Assembly: GCA_051362555.1 (NCBI GenBank)
Contig: CM120640.1
Location: forward strand, 66,566,788 to 66,630,787
Direction of reading: 5' to 3'
Length of the DNA: 64,000 nucleotides
Source: Lingula anatina
Lineage: Eukaryota > Animalia > Brachiopoda
The position numbers were made by a program, and so were the translations under genes. Shown here one piece after another: positions 26,699-40,412 of this stretch (the first letter of the stretch is position 1; every line of letters begins with the position of its first letter). The notes below the pieces were generated by a model, which saw only the letters and a list, made by a program, of their open reading frames with translations, was not told the origin of the DNA and ran no database searches.

Positions 26699-26929
26699 TT
26701 TGTTATGTTTTCCTTTATAATTTTTTCTCAAACACTTGCATTTGTGACTTTTAACTCTCATCTGCCTGGGGCTCTGCACATTTTCTGTATTTCCACATAA
26801 GCAGTTGTATTGTTTTTTATGTCTTTAAACATTATGTAATATTATTTTATGCACTGTCATCATTTTTCAAATATTGAGAGTTTCATAATGTGAATTTGAA
26901 CTCTCATGGTCCTGAAACTGTAATTTTAT

Positions 26930-27092
26930 TGAAGGGGTGGACCATCTTCTGGGTCTTCCTGAAGACAGTCAGGTTATTAAGTTTATATTGACTGGTATCT
27001 ATTTTTTTCTGTTGGAAGACCATCAAAATGGAGGATGGATCAACATAGATACTTTGTAATACTGTCAGAAAATATCTCTGGGTCCGCTCCTG
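26930..27092. mobile_element. Degenerate inverted copy of the 47295-47462 MITE
   Basis: ttctgggtcttcctgaaga..ctgtcagaaaatatctctgggtccgctcctg matches the reverse complement of 47295-47450. Confidence 0.6.
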
Positions 27093-27281
27093 TTATTGAC
27101 CATGTTACCTGTTGTGCAAGATTAAAATTCAGTGTTGACTGACAGTGCTATTATAAGCATTATTTATTATTGCATCAAAATTGACAAAATGACCTTTTTT
27201 GCATCTTTATTTTCTGTTTTTTGTCTGTACATTTGACAGCTTTGCTGCCTTGTTATGTATTATATTTTATTTTTAGACCTT

Positions 27282-27564
27282 TTAATACCCATACAATTTT
27301 CCCCTAAGATAATAGATAATATTAATATGATTTTCTGTGGATAGTTCATTAGCATATCTGTCAAAATTGTCTATTATCCAATCATATTCTTTTTCAGTAA
27401 GGAGGTTTTCCCTCCACATTCTTCCCACAAACACTCTTTCAAAACTCTTGGCTGGACAGCTTTTAAAGAACAGTTAAAGTGTTTGGATTTTCTTTCCAAT
27501 CTTGTATCCATGCATATGGGGTCTCTTCCTGTACATCTATTTGCAATATGTTTGTATCATCCAT
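27282..27564 (-). pseudogene. Gypsy accessory ORF2, copy A (frameshifted)
   Basis: Acceptor ttttcatttag|ATCATG; MDDTNIL..WIQDWKENPNTL..(fs)..ENLLTEKEYDWIIDNFDRY..NIIYYLRGKLYGY*. Confidence 0.75.
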
Positions 27565-27729
27565 GATCTAAATGAAAATACAAATGATTAGAATAAATTC
27601 CTTCTATTTCAGCACTGCCAAAAATTTAAGGAAATAAAACTTTACCTTAACTAATAAACAACATATAAATCAATATAATCATTCTAAGGTAAAGTCTCTG
27701 AAGTGAGATGGCATCTTAATTTGTCTACC

Positions 27730-28608
27730 TGTTGTAATAACCAGCCAGCTGGTTATTCACACCTTCTTAGAGTTACTTTTTCACCAATAAGTCAACTGAG
27801 ACAAGCAGGTATAGTTTTCTGCTACATGATTTATTCAATCGACTGTATAACTCGGGGTCTCTGCTCTCTTTCTCCATCTCTCTCTGTGGTATCTATAACT
27901 GTCTCCCTAACTCTCTCTCCGTGTCACTTCTCTGTGTCAATCTACTAGTATCCCCCTCTTTGTGGCTCAGTCACTGCCTTTATACTCTATCTTAATTTGC
28001 ATTTTAAATTAACTTTCATAACTGACATGAAACATGCCATGCCTATATACATTAAAACTTCATTGTAAATACATAAAAATTATATCTTGCTTTACATTTT
28101 AAATGAACTGCCATGCAACATGTCATGCCTATATGCATTTGAATAATTAAAACTTAAACAAATATGCATATCTCATGTATGCAAATTTAGAAGACTATCA
28201 GTACTAATTAATGGTTCACTACACTGTAACGGTTCATAACAAAGTACACTTTTCTTTGTTTTTATTCTCGTTTATTCAAGACCATTGTGCTGCAAAGATA
28301 TACAGAGCGATGAGCAAACAAGAATGCAATCATCATAATAATCTTATTCATAGCTATAACCTTACTATATGATAACTATAATAATAATGATAATGTTAAT
28401 AAAAGAATTAACAAAACTATATTGACCACGTACCTGCAAAGATATACAGAGCGATGAGCAAATAAGAATGACAGAAAAGGGCGGTGACGATATTTATAAA
28501 TGACGAAAGGCGGATAAGATGACCAATGGGAATGAGAAAGTAAGATGACGCCCACGTGACAAAACAAAAGACGAACACCAGTGAAGACAATACATTCATA
28601 CGGCTACA
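27730..28608. mobile_element. LTR-like insertion (solo LTR or deleted LTR element) in the 3' end of copy A pol
   Basis: TGT...ACA termini with 4-bp TSD TACC; removing it restores the sequence seen in copy B (tgtctaccaaa). Confidence 0.65.
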
Positions 28609-29007
28609 TACCAAAGCTTGACCTTTTTATAATTGGTTCCACTAACTGTGGTTCATTCAAATGAAAAGCACCTTCTCTTTCAACAAATTTTCTCAATTTG
28701 TCATGATGTACCACCTGGATTTTTCCTTTTTTATCTTTAATTGTATAGAGAGGTGGAGTTGCTTTGATAACATCATATGGTCCTCTATAGATAGGTCTAA
28801 GTTTCTTACTTTCTCCCTTCTTATGACTTTCAAATATACCTTCTGACCACAAGTATATTCACTCTCTCAGCTTTGCATCATACAATTGTTTTTGACGTTC
28901 TGCACATTTTTCAGTTTTTCTCGAGCCATTTCATGTGATCTCACTCAAGTTTTTCAACCATTCATGAGTCTCATATGGTATCAAATTTTCATTCACACAA
29001 CCTGTTA

Positions 29008-30192
29008 AACCCCTTTTACACTGGACGGCGTCCTTTCTGCGTCCTTTGTGCGACCATGAAACTGGCCAGGACGCCGTCGGACGCTCAAAGAACGCACAGT
29101 GATCGCCAAGGTCGCACAAAGAACGTTCAAGCATCGCTGAGGACGCCATGGACACCGTGAAGTTTTGAGCATGTTCAAAACAATCGCAGAGAGAACGCGA
29201 TGGAGGATGGTTGCTCAATGGACGCAGAAAGGACGCACAAGCATCGCCGTGGTCGCAGAGAGAACGCACAAACACCGCTGCGGTCGCAGAGAGGACGCAC
29301 AAGCATCGCCGCGGTCGTAGAAAGGAGGCACAAGCATCGCTTTGGTTGCAGAATGAAAACTCAAAGATCGTCCAGTGTTCGACACGTAGAACGTTATTTT
29401 TTTCACTCTCAAACGGGGCCGTGCTGAGGTATTTTTCACCAGACAGGAATTCTAAGGGCAACAGTGGTCTCATATCAGTCTCTGATTGTTTTTTCCCCTA
29501 AAATTCATGAAACGATCCATTTTTTTTTTTTGAGGTTATTATAAAACGAATATTTTGCCTTTTTTACAAGATGCATTAATTGTCAGAACTTTTTGCTGAA
29601 TGCTTCATTTGAAAACGGATTCAAACATTCTATGTTGTGTCAGTCATACTTTCTCGTTTTCGGCGCCTGTCCATCCTTCTTATAAGGAAAACAATGAGCA
29701 TCTGGCTGATTATCAGTCCATGCAGACCTTGCATCACTATAGTTTAAAGCGTTTATTCCCATTTATTTGTTTTGTGTGCTGGAAATGTTCCTTATTGGAT
29801 GACCTGGTTAGAACCGATGAAAAATATGAGTTAGAATATAGAGAAGGACGCCCAAACAACGCTCATCGGTCAAGCAGGATGCAGAATGATCGTAGAATAG
29901 ACGCCACTGATCGCCGATGAAGGTACAGAGAACGCAGCAAGAATGCTCAATGGTCGCTCAAACATCGCAATGGATGCCTTGGGTTGCACAGGGGACGTAC
30001 AGTGGAGGCAGGCAGGTTGCTCGCAGTTTTACAGGTAAAATCAAGATTCGGTCGTTCAAAGGACGCACAAGGGACGCAGACGCCTTTATACTGAGACATG
30101 ATTTAATTGCTTTGGCGACCGTTGAGCGTCCTGACCACATTTTTGAATGCAGAAGGGACGCAGAAAGGACGCCGTCCAGTGTAAAGGGGCCC
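29008..30192. mobile_element. PIF/Harbinger-like non-autonomous element in the copy A integrase
   Basis: TIR cccttttacactggacggcgtcctttctgcgtcc / ggacgcagaaaggacgccgtccagtgtaaagggg with TTA TSD; the empty site cctgttagtaa is present in copy B. Confidence 0.85.
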
Positions 30193-32089
30193 TTAGTAAA
30201 TGTAATTGGCATAAAAACTTCCCTCCCTAAGATTATCATGTTTGGAGTAAACCCTGTAGATGTATTCACAGTTGAATGTAATGCCATAACTAATTGAGGT
30301 AAATCTCTATCCCAATATCTCACATTTCCTACATTACATCTAATCATCTATGTAATAATACCCATGCATCTTTCAACTTGTCCATTAGCATTTGCTCTAA
30401 AACCAGTTGTTCTAAGTTGTTTGATTTCTAATAAAACTACACAAATTTCTAAATAGGCTACTTTGAAAATTTGACCCTTGATCTGTATATATCTCTTGTG
30501 GACAACCAAAAGTAACTACATGTATGAATTTTTCAAAAAATGCTTTTGCTACTAATTCAGCTGTCTGATTTGGCAAAGCCACACATTGTATCCACTTAGT
30601 AAACTGATCTATAATAACCAAAATATAAGAATTCCCAAATTCACTTTGTGTAAATGGTCCTAGTATGTCTAAATGAACCTTTTCCATAGGAAATCCTGCT
30701 TGATGTAATTTCATTGATTGCAATACAACCTACAGTTTTGTGCAGAGAAGGTGACATTACGGATACGCTTACTCCAAAAACGATTAAGTTGTCTTACGTA
30801 CGCCCCTTAAGAGGACAAAAGAATTGTGTGAAAATCCGTAGGCTAAAGGACAATGCCGACTTACGTACATCTTACTCACATCTTACGTACATCTTACACA
30901 CATGCAGCGATGAGTAAAAAGGGGTGGGCTTATGCAAATAGGGTGACGGCGGGGTGTTTCTCGCCTTACGGCAACACAATCATGTTTGAAAAGAGGCGTG
31001 ATATATGATCTTGCTTAATTGTGGGCTATTAAATCGTCCTCTGTTACGCTGCGACGCGACCCTTTGCCCTGGTTAGAATAGGAAGCTTAAGAGTAATTCA
31101 CATTGATTTACTGATTTCTTGTAAATGATACCTTTGTCAACGAGTCGGTGATATGTCACGGTATTGTGGTCTATAATAGTGCAGGTCCAGTTTCCCGCTA
31201 ACTGTGATGCAACCCAGGCATAACTTTGACTAAGTGAGTCAGTGAGCCGACTTTAAAATGGCCAAAAAAGAAAAATAAATAAATAAAATTTAAACCAAAA
31301 ATAATTTCCCTTTTTTCACCGACGTCCGACTAATCATACTGTTCAATCGGAATAACATAAATGCGAAAACTAATAAGTTAATAAGTTTCACGGCACTCTC
31401 ACGTCACATGACTGCCTACAAGTTTAACGAAGGCCATTTGTGCCAAGGTAAACGCTTGGTTCATTTCCTCTAGCTTCCGGTTTTTAAGCCAATCAGTACT
31501 TCGTTGATATTTTACACTACACGTACTACTACATGTGTCAAATTAATGCAAAATGGCGGGAAAGTGTGCTGGAGTAGCCGTCTTGATTTAAGCAGGAATT
31601 TGACCACTGTTGTGTGGCTCAGTTTATAGTGAAGTAGAGACCAAAATTATTATGCAAAATGGTCTGTCCGGTCAGTGTTACAGATGTTTTAGGCAATTTT
31701 ATTGACTGCTTTCTGTCAGAAATGAACATATCAACTGCACAACTTGCGTCACGTGTGGAGTGTTTCAAGAGGGAACCAGCAGCGTAAAAGCATGTTTTTT
31801 ATTATTATTTTGTAATTTACAAGAATGATTCGTAGAATTGACATTTATTTAGACAAATAAAATATTGAGAAGAAATTGCTGTTTTTGTCCAAAAATTGCT
31901 TTTCTCTGTTTTAGTTTTTACCATTGTCTAATGTAGTGTTGAAAGTGAGTTACCAAAAAGTCATGATTTTGAAATATATTTTTCACCCCCTCCGACCTCT
32001 GTCAAAAATGAAAATTGTTTAAGAAACAATAAATTAAAGAAAATCTGCCCAACCCGCACTGAATAGTGTGAGTGACGCAATGTTACCAT

Positions 32090-33190
32090 TGCATGGTTGG
32101 TGCTCACTGGATTTTTCTGAATCTGAGGGCATGTGCCATCAGATTCGCGCCTGCTGGACATGCCAACAGACTGGTGATTCTACGTGTTACACCGCCTTAT
32201 ATAGCTTTAGGAGTGACCTTTGACCTGCATTAACCCTCATTGGGTAGCGAATGACGCAATGTCTAGAAACCATTGCATGGTGTGTGGTCACTGGATTGAA
32301 CATGAGTCTTCTTGCTTTTCTTTCTTTTTTTTTTCATTTGAAGGAATATGTTACCCCAGAAAAAGTTGAATTGCATACGGATTACTTATACACTTTCAGG
32401 TATACTATGACCTCGCGTTTATGTAACTTAGCGACTGCATTGCGCATAATTTGAAAAAATGTATTTTACAGGGCGAACGGTGCCATTTGGTACGGTTAAG
32501 AACTATGATTCAGCTAGTCTTAATTCTAATTTCAAGAGGGGACCAGAAATCTGGATGTCCGACCAAGCAAGTCTAAACATGTCGGAGCTGGACGATTTGG
32601 GGTTTACCGTACATTTGTACAAGTTAATTTATGTAATTTTTTGTGTTAATAAAATTACATTATTCTTTTTACCTACTTTATATTTTTATAAATTATATTT
32701 ATATTATTTGTCAAACTATTCTCAAAATAAATACAACACAGACTGCAAGGATGCCCATTTACCTTCACCTGCAGTTCTGTATGCGATTTTTCTTTTAAAA
32801 GGTGTAACCCTCATTGAGCAGTGCAAGTGATGCAATATCACCAGTGCCTGGTGGTTAGTTACTGGATTATACTGAGGCTGTTGGTCTTTCCAGCAGCCTC
32901 GCCTGTTGGCAAGACCAACAGACTGGTGAAAATGTGTAATGAACCGCCTTTTATAGACCCCGGGTTCGAGTGTCCTTGAACTTGACCCATTGTGAGGCCC
33001 TCAATATCGGTGTTGTTTTCTGTTCATTTTTAACCAGGAAGCAAAAGACTTGCTTCACGTTCACGACAATTTTCCTTTTTTTCTGTCTCTCTTTCATTTA
33101 AAGGGTTATTTAACCTCAGAAAATGTTGAAATGCATATGAATTGCTTATACATTTACCCTATGACCACATGTTTATATAACTTGCACATA
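32090..33190. repeat. Diverged direct duplication (~32090-32450 vs ~32845-33190)
   Basis: Shared tggtt..actggatt..ccaacagactggtga..ccgcctt.tatag..ttgaa.tgcata.g.att.cttataca. Confidence 0.6.
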
Positions 33191-35354
33191 ATTTGTTAGT
33201 TGGTGGTTATTATCGCTAGGGAATCTCCAAACATGAATCAGCTTTAAATTAACCTGAATTGAAAGTGTTCCTTTCAAGTTAACGCTGTCCCTGGTTTTAT
33301 ATCTTGTTCTGCTTGCTTGACTATCGCCAGAGGCTTAAGGCGTGAATATCACTGTACCACTACCTTTGTTAAACGCACAATTACAGGCCAGTCATTATCA
33401 GTGGGGGTGAGGGGGGGGGGGGGGGGGGGGTAAACACTACATCAATTGTATTACAGTATTTAGAGGCTGTGTCTGCTTTGACAAGAGTCAGTATGGTGTA
33501 CAATTCTAGATAGTAAAGAGGTGCTAATAGTAATCCGTAATTATGCCGTTTCTTTAGCACATCCCTCCCTCCTTGATTTTTGTTTGCTTACTAGTCGATA
33601 CCCTATTTAGCGCAGTCTAATTTTAAGAGTTGTGGGGTTTTTTTAATTTGTTAAAGCAACGTCCAATCCTATGTAATGAACATCAAACTTACAGATCACA
33701 CCAACAACATAACATCTTAACGGAACCTTCTTTCTGTAATGTTTGAGTTAATTGGTGGTGGGCAGAGTCTTATTATTCAATGATGATAATAATAATTGTA
33801 GAAATAGGGCTACAAGATTTCCTCTTGGGATGATAATTTCACTGTTGTCAGGTGCTGGTTTCGTATTGGCAGTTGCCGCAGGGAGCGTGATTGAAATCAA
33901 ACTTTGCACATCTTGAAAGTTTAAGTCGGACAAAAGATTTTCAGGTGACACTCTTAATCAGAGCTGCCACGTAAGCTAACAGTTTAATTACTGCAACGTA
34001 CAGGTAAATTGAGAGTTCCGATAAAATCACCTACTTCCTATCTCTCCATCAACATATTTCTTAAGACTGCCTTTATTTTCGTTCACTGTTCAACAAGGAT
34101 AATTATCAAACGAAGAACATTGTATGGAGAAGAGATTTTTATTCATTATTTTATTCATGAAACAACAAGCAAACTGCTCGTTTCAGCAGAAGGATGGGAA
34201 TATAAAACCATTAATTTAAAATAAAGTTATTAGAAAACTGCTTGCTTAAAGCATTCCATCAAGATACACGTGAACTAAATCTGTATTGAATAAGTTGTAT
34301 GAATAATGTCATAAAATAATATTTGCTATATGAATATATGCCAGACATTTCACTCATTGCGATAGATAGAACATTCTGATATAAATTCGAAAAAAAAAAC
34401 AAAAAAAACAGAAGGTACTGGTGACAGCCCGTATCGGTAATGTATAATTTGGCAGAGCAAGCTTTCATGCACCAAACCAAGCAAATTTCAAAAAACAATT
34501 TTTGTAACATATTTATTGGTAATGGTAGCCGGTCACATTCCTTGGAAACATTATATAACCATGCTGGCAGTGAGTAATAGAAAAGTGCAATAAAAACAGA
34601 TTTGCTAGGTCAGCAACTAGATGAATTATCGATGAAGGTTACTTCTGACAAATGAATTGCGGTAAAAATGATAAAAATTTTCACCACAATCAAAATAAGC
34701 CGTAAAGCCAAAATGTCACATAAGATGACAAAATTACAAGTAAGACGTGGCACTTCTTTGACATTTTAAGTCGAACAAAAGATTTTGGTGACACGTTTAA
34801 TCAGAGCTTACCTGCCACGTAAGTTAGATTAATAACTCCAAAGTACAGGTAGATTGAGATTTTCGATAAGATCATCTCCATCTCCGCAATTCTTTGAAGC
34901 GTCCGATAAGAACTTAAGGGACCCGGGCACGTGGATTACACGCAGTTACCATGATCGTTGATTATCTTCCTTAAATGCTTGCTTAAGCTCCGTACTTTTT
35001 GTCGACTCCATGTTCTTAGAAAAACCTTTTAAAAACCCTTTCTACAAGATTTAATTTGACGTACGAGTCAATGGATATTATTGTCGACGTCTTAATCTCC
35101 AATCGAATACTCCGCGCCGCTTTATAATTAAAAGTAAAAAAAAAAGAAAAAAGAAAAACGTGTTTGGATAGATTACCCGGTCCCTGTTGTTCTTCGTGAT
35201 CGAAAATGATGTTAAAAGGTTAAAAGGTTGGGGCAAAGCCAGGCTAAACTGCAATCAATTATATGTTCAAAATTTATAATAGTGTGAGCATTTCAATGTA
35301 ATAATTTGAGATGAAATTGATGACTCAAGGAAAAACGTAAAATACGCCGTCTTA

Positions 35355-35591
35355 AGCCTAGGTCCCAACCGAACGTACGGGCTGCTACGTGTGGCCTACG
35401 GCCATAAAAATGGGGAAAAAGTGGGAGTTCGTGCGTGAGGAGCACGACCATAGTGCGACTTTTGGAGGACGCAAACAGCGCGTAGAAACTTTCGACATGA
35501 TCAACAGCCGCTACGTGCGATCTCGCTTCGTCCGAGCCGGACGCTAGTAACCTGAAAACCGTGCGTCCAAAACGTAGTGGGGACCTTGGCT
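35355..35591. mobile_element. Small MITE (Harbinger-like ends)
   Basis: agcctaggtcccaac...gtggggaccttggct inverted termini in a TTA/TAG context. Confidence 0.5.
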
Positions 35592-36134
35592 TAGGGTTAT
35601 GGATCCTTTATTTTCAACATTCAGAATCAACAACACAGGGGAAATTTGAAATTTACAACACAATTAACAGCAAAAAAATAAGTAACTATGTGCTATATAC
35701 GCAGCAAAAACGTCTATTGAAACCATTTTAGGAGTAATATTTTATATTGTAACTGAGCCTTGAGAACCAAGACATCGTTAAGAAAGAAAATACTATCTAA
35801 AATACTATCTAAAGGACGAATACCATGAAAGCGTGCCCCATATAGATGAACAATGATTGTGTGCAGTCGGGCAGATAATCAGATAAGCGGCTGGGACTTG
35901 GGAGATGACAATTTACGCTGTCGCTCAGCAGCATCAGTAGAGGGAGAGGTGGCAATTAAGGCTGTCACTCATCACCTCAAACGAGGCCAACTCGACTTAC
36001 TTCCCGTAACCCAGCTGACTTACGATAAGCATTGTGGCCTATTGTGTTTACCCTGTAATTATGTTAAATGTGCGATACGTAAGATTAGGGTCGTTTATCC
36101 GTATCCGTAATGTCATCTTCTCTGCACAAAACTG

Positions 36135-37485
36135 TACACAGGGTCAAATTCATTGATTTCTGTTGGCAATACTGCTGTGTGACCTGAATGCATGTTTTCT
36201 AACATTCCTCTTTGCCACATTTGTAAAAGGGACTGGTTCTTTTCAGTTGAAACAGGGTGATGATTCATTTGCTGAATATACTCTTTCAAAGACTTGTTTA
36301 GTCTAGGCATGTAAACATAATGAAGACTATATAAATGGACATCATCCAATATGTTGAGAATTCCTTCATCTTCCATTGATTCAAAGATTCTTGATTAAAA
36401 AGCAAGAACGATGCACTCTCTCAACTCTGGAGTTGTGCATAGATGATCCAGTTATAATGCTTCCTCTTTCTTCACCACGGTTTTCTATTATATATTGCCC
36501 AACATAGTTTTCCATGCCATAGTCACAACGAACACATGATGGAAGACCCCATTCTTTCACAGCATTTTGGAAAAAGACAGGACTGTATCTGCCTTATTGT
36601 TATTGCAGCAACAAGCATATATTAACAATCTTGTTTTGCCATCAATGCAAACATGAATTGTGAGCTTATATCATATCAGTTTATGGCCAGAATCAATATG
36701 CCAAAGGCTGTTTGGAATTGGAACATAATATTTCCTACGGTGAATAGTCATTCTCCCTCGTAAGCTAGTGCCAACAGGATCTAAACGCCGTAAACACTCA
36801 GTGACTCTCCATCTTTGGACATGTAATTCCCCAACTTCTAAGTGCGCCAATGAACCTCCTCCTGCCAATATTTGGGGTAACAGGACCTTTATTTGAGTCA
36901 CCTGTGACACTTTCGTATATCATATCCAGCTCATCATCTGTTATATCTGAATAACCCTCAAATTCATCACTAAGTCCAAACTCTCTTGTCTTCTTTGGAT
37001 GGTTGAAACACTCACTTGAAGGATATCTGCTATTTTTGCCAAGGAAAGAATAATGCACGCAAATGTTCTTGCTGTTCTTTAGTGATGCAATAGGGCTTGC
37101 GACCAGGTCCACTGTGTGAAGATACTAAAGAAGCAGAGTAAGCAGCATCTTGGTTATATTTACCTTCCTCCTCTGTACTCACATTTGTGACTCTAAGCAT
37201 GAGGATGAGAAGAGATATGCATCTCCTTAGTTCTGAAGTGGTTCTTGAATTGTGCTAGCTGGAAATCCAGTCGGATTGGGATCTCAATATCAGTTTCTAA
37301 AAGCGACAAGGTCCCATTGGCATCCACTAGCTGACGCCGAGCTTCACTGCATGATTCAGCTGTTAGTTAGAAATCAGAATTTAAAAAAAGTCTTGTAACA
37401 GTTTTTTAGTTCTGTAGAAAATGACAAAATGACAAAAACCTGTATTTCTTATTCGTAAAACTCATCTTCGATTCTGGGCCACCAT
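36135..37485 (-). pseudogene. Degenerate DDE integrase-core transposase (probably IS3EU-like), many frameshifts
   Basis: ISDDELD-like motif, PNIGRRRFIGALRS.G, RVTECLRRLDPVG, RRKYYVPIPNSLWHIDSGHKLI, ME.EGILNILDDVHLYSLHYVY.PRLN..L..Y....N.HP.STE.NQS.LQMW. Confidence 0.75.
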
Positions 37486-37625
37486 TTTGAAAGATGGTCA
37501 TAAGAGTTTGTGAGTTTGAAAAGGTTGGCCTTCGCCTGTCAATGCTGACAGTTTTGCGATATTTTTCTTACCATTTTTGATATCTTTCTTAATCGCTTTC
37601 ACCAGTACACTTTCACATTCAATTC

Positions 37626-37851
37626 CTCCGCCATTTTGAAAGTTGATCGCAAGGGTTCATGGGAAACTACATGTATACTGGAGCGTGCAATGCACCATGA
37701 GATGCAATAATTCCAAAGAAGGAAAAAATAATCCGTGCTCACGAAAAATTAAATCTTGTTCGAAATGAGAGGAAAACAAAAAAGTTGTTGTAAGACTATG
37801 TATATTTAAATTAAGTATGTGAATGTAATTCTTAGAGTACAAATAAATAAT
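37626..37851 (-). repeat. ~225-bp direct repeat, copy 1 (promoter-like: ZNF143/SBS-like motifs + CAAAATGGCG)
   Basis: Highly similar to 46660-46891. Confidence 0.85.
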
Positions 37852-38317
37852 AAGTCCCAATAATTTTTCTTGCCATGGAACAGCACCATATTCAGGTGAA
37901 AAGTATGATGTTAATAGTTCTCTGTCTTTTTGCATTCTTTGTTGCCATAATCTCAAGGGTGCATAGACTACAGGAATGGACATGGACTACAGGAATGGAT
38001 TACAAGATATTTTTCCTCAATATGTACTTTGTCTTGATTTATTGTTGACAACCTCTTTAAAATATACAGTAAGTGAATCAGTAAAAAGCACTTGCTTTCA
38101 TTGAAGATGAGAAATACATCATGTGAGTGTTGGATATCTGACATGCATTTAGTATATGATGTCAATCAATTCCTAAAATGGAAGTGTCATGGTATCATAT
38201 TGTTTTGTGCTTATGAACAGTTATCATTTGCTGTTTATGAGTAAAATAAAGCCAAGGTATCCTTTAATGGGACACTTCCACTTCATTATCTTGGATCTAT
38301 TTATTGGCAAAACAGGA

Positions 38318-39342
38318 GTCAACCATAAGGATGAGCAATTATCCTTCAATGGAAAATTGGTGAAACCAGAACCTTGGGTTAAGCTCTTTGGGGTTTACTT
38401 TGACTCGAGACTGACTTTCAACAAACACATCTCAGAATTATGTTCAAAAACAGCATGTCAATTAAACACTCTGAAAAGGCTTTCAGCTCATCTAGATGTC
38501 CCAAATCGGCTTGCCATTTTCAGACACTTTACATTATCAAACTTAAATTATTGTCTGTTAGTATGACACTTGTGGTGAGGGAAATATGAAAACACTAGAA
38601 AAGATACAGGAAAGGGGTCTAATATTTGTCTACGACAACCACATAAACAGTTACGACGAGCTTTTAAATATGTCAGGCCTCAGCACTCTGCACTTGAACA
38701 GGCTACGTATGCTTGCACTTGAGGTTTACAAAGCTATATATGGACTTGCACCTTCCTACATCTCCGACCTTTTCCAGGAAAGAATAACAAGTTACAACCT
38801 TAGAGGAGAAAAGACCCAGATTTAACACAGTGACATATGGCAAAAAAATCCTTGTCATATCTTGGGCCAAAAATATGGAATGATATCTCAAATGACTTAA
38901 AAGCAAAGCATCAATTCAAATGAGTTTAAATCACTTTTAAGGCTTTGGGAAGGACCCAAATGCAGATGTAGCCTGTGTAACCTATATGCTTTTAGTGAAA
39001 CTGTGTAATAATACGACATGTTTACATTATTTTATATAACTGTATCAGTGGGCATTGTAGGTAGAATTGTCTGTTTTTCACAATTGATTTAGGTATAGCA
39101 TTCTGCACATTTCCCATAAAAAACTTTTTTTTCCCTAATTTGCTATCTTAATAGATTTCATGTGTTTTTGTATACTCTTTGTAGAAAGATTTTCCTTTTA
39201 CTCTCTTACTAGACTTCATGTGTAATATTGCATTATTGTGAATATGTTTTTGTCCTTACCCAGTCGGAGAATAGCTGTAAAGCTAATGTTTCCATTCAAT
39301 TTATAACCGACATGAAATAAAATTTATTGTATTGTATTGTAT
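38318..39342 (+). mobile_element. 5'-truncated non-LTR retrotransposon (CR1/L2-group) 3' end
   Basis: VKLFGVYFDSRLTFNKHISELC.K...L..LKRL..SNLNYC and LEKIQER.L..YNLRG motifs; AATAAA followed by an (ATTGT)n tail. Confidence 0.85.
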
Positions 39343-40412
39343 CTTTTAATTAGTTTGAAGGCCGTTTCAGTACACAAGTTCAATGGGTGAAATACTTCGT
39401 AGCATTTAGTGCCAAATAGTTAATCTGAAATGACACTTTTCACACTTAACCCAGACCAAAAAGTGGATTCCAATTTACCAAAATGTGACTGTGAGAATGC
39501 AAGGTCATAGATGTCAAACAATTTCTGTTGAGTTGGCAAAGGAGTTTGACTTGATGGCACAGGGATGCTCAGAATGTTAGCTCGGAATATGGGCTGTGGG
39601 AGTAAATCCTGTGTTAACATCGTGCTGTACAAACTCTATTGATGGATTCAAAGCAAAACAAAGAATAGATTCTTCAGCTGAACCTGTTACGAAGATCAGA
39701 ATATGGCTCAATTCTAATTTTTCATCTCTACATCACCTTCTACCACTGGCTACTTCTCTCACAAATCTAACAAATTGTTGATAAACATCTTATTCGTGTT
39801 TCAGAGCACTGCTGCCTTCCTCACTGAATTTTGGTTTTAGCAATTGCAGTAACTTTGGCACTGTAAGGGGATGTTGATTGTTAGGCCTCAGGTATTGGAG
39901 CATAGGCAGCTTTTGTAGAGCTGACAGCATACCAAGCTTTTTTAAGCCAGCTTTCATTTCTGTAATACACTGATTGCTGCTTGGGATTGGTGTCAGGATT
40001 TCATTCAATACCACCTTCTTGATAAATGCTAGCATTTGACCATTCAGCAGCATAGCTAGTGCTATCATGATTCCAACATAAAATAATCTTCAGAGAGGTA
40101 CTATCGCAGTCCTTGGTCAAAGTACTTTTCTTTGATTTCTCTGTTGACTAGTCTGATCCTTTCCCTACATGGTCCCCCAAGATCCACAACATAAAACCCA
40201 CATTGAATGTAAACCTGTAATTCTCTATAAACTCCAGCTCACTGAATGTTGACAAAAGAGCCCTGTCTTTGTCCACATTAATAAAGTTTGTCTCCCCTTC
40301 AGTTGATTCTTCTGTGGAAATGATGTTGAGCTTTCTTCCTTGAACAATATGTTCTTGGAAGAAATCTTAAGACCTCCACCGGATCAACAAGGTTTTGGCC
40401 TTTGGCTAAGTT

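Larger units (their letters stand above)
18967..30714 (-). mobile_element. Gypsy/Ty3 LTR retrotransposon copy A: 5'-truncated; retains integrase end, ORF2, ORF3, PPT and 3' LTR, with many nested inserts
   Basis: Colinear with copies B and C. Integrase fragments at 30714-30193, 29007-28609 and 27729-27680. LTR 18967-19257, PPT 19258-19271. Confidence 0.85.
30733..36134. mobile_element. 5.4-kb TIR element flanked by TA (Tc1/mariner-like ends); no transposase recognised
   Basis: 35-bp TIR cagttttgtgcagagaaggtgacattacggatacg / cgtatccgtaatgtcatcttctctgcacaaaactg, TA on both sides, subterminal cttacg motifs. Confidence 0.75.

Noticed and set aside
28931-29501. 180-aa ORF and overlapping ORFs
   Set aside because: Chance frames in the GC-rich repetitive MITE arm fused to a few integrase codons.
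34380-34620. Possible RNase H remnant (VAGH-like motif)
   Set aside because: Too degenerate to support.
35598-35610. TATGG as the terminus of the DDE/HECT element
   Set aside because: No matching inverted end was found near 46900, and the site lies inside the 30733-36134 TIR element.
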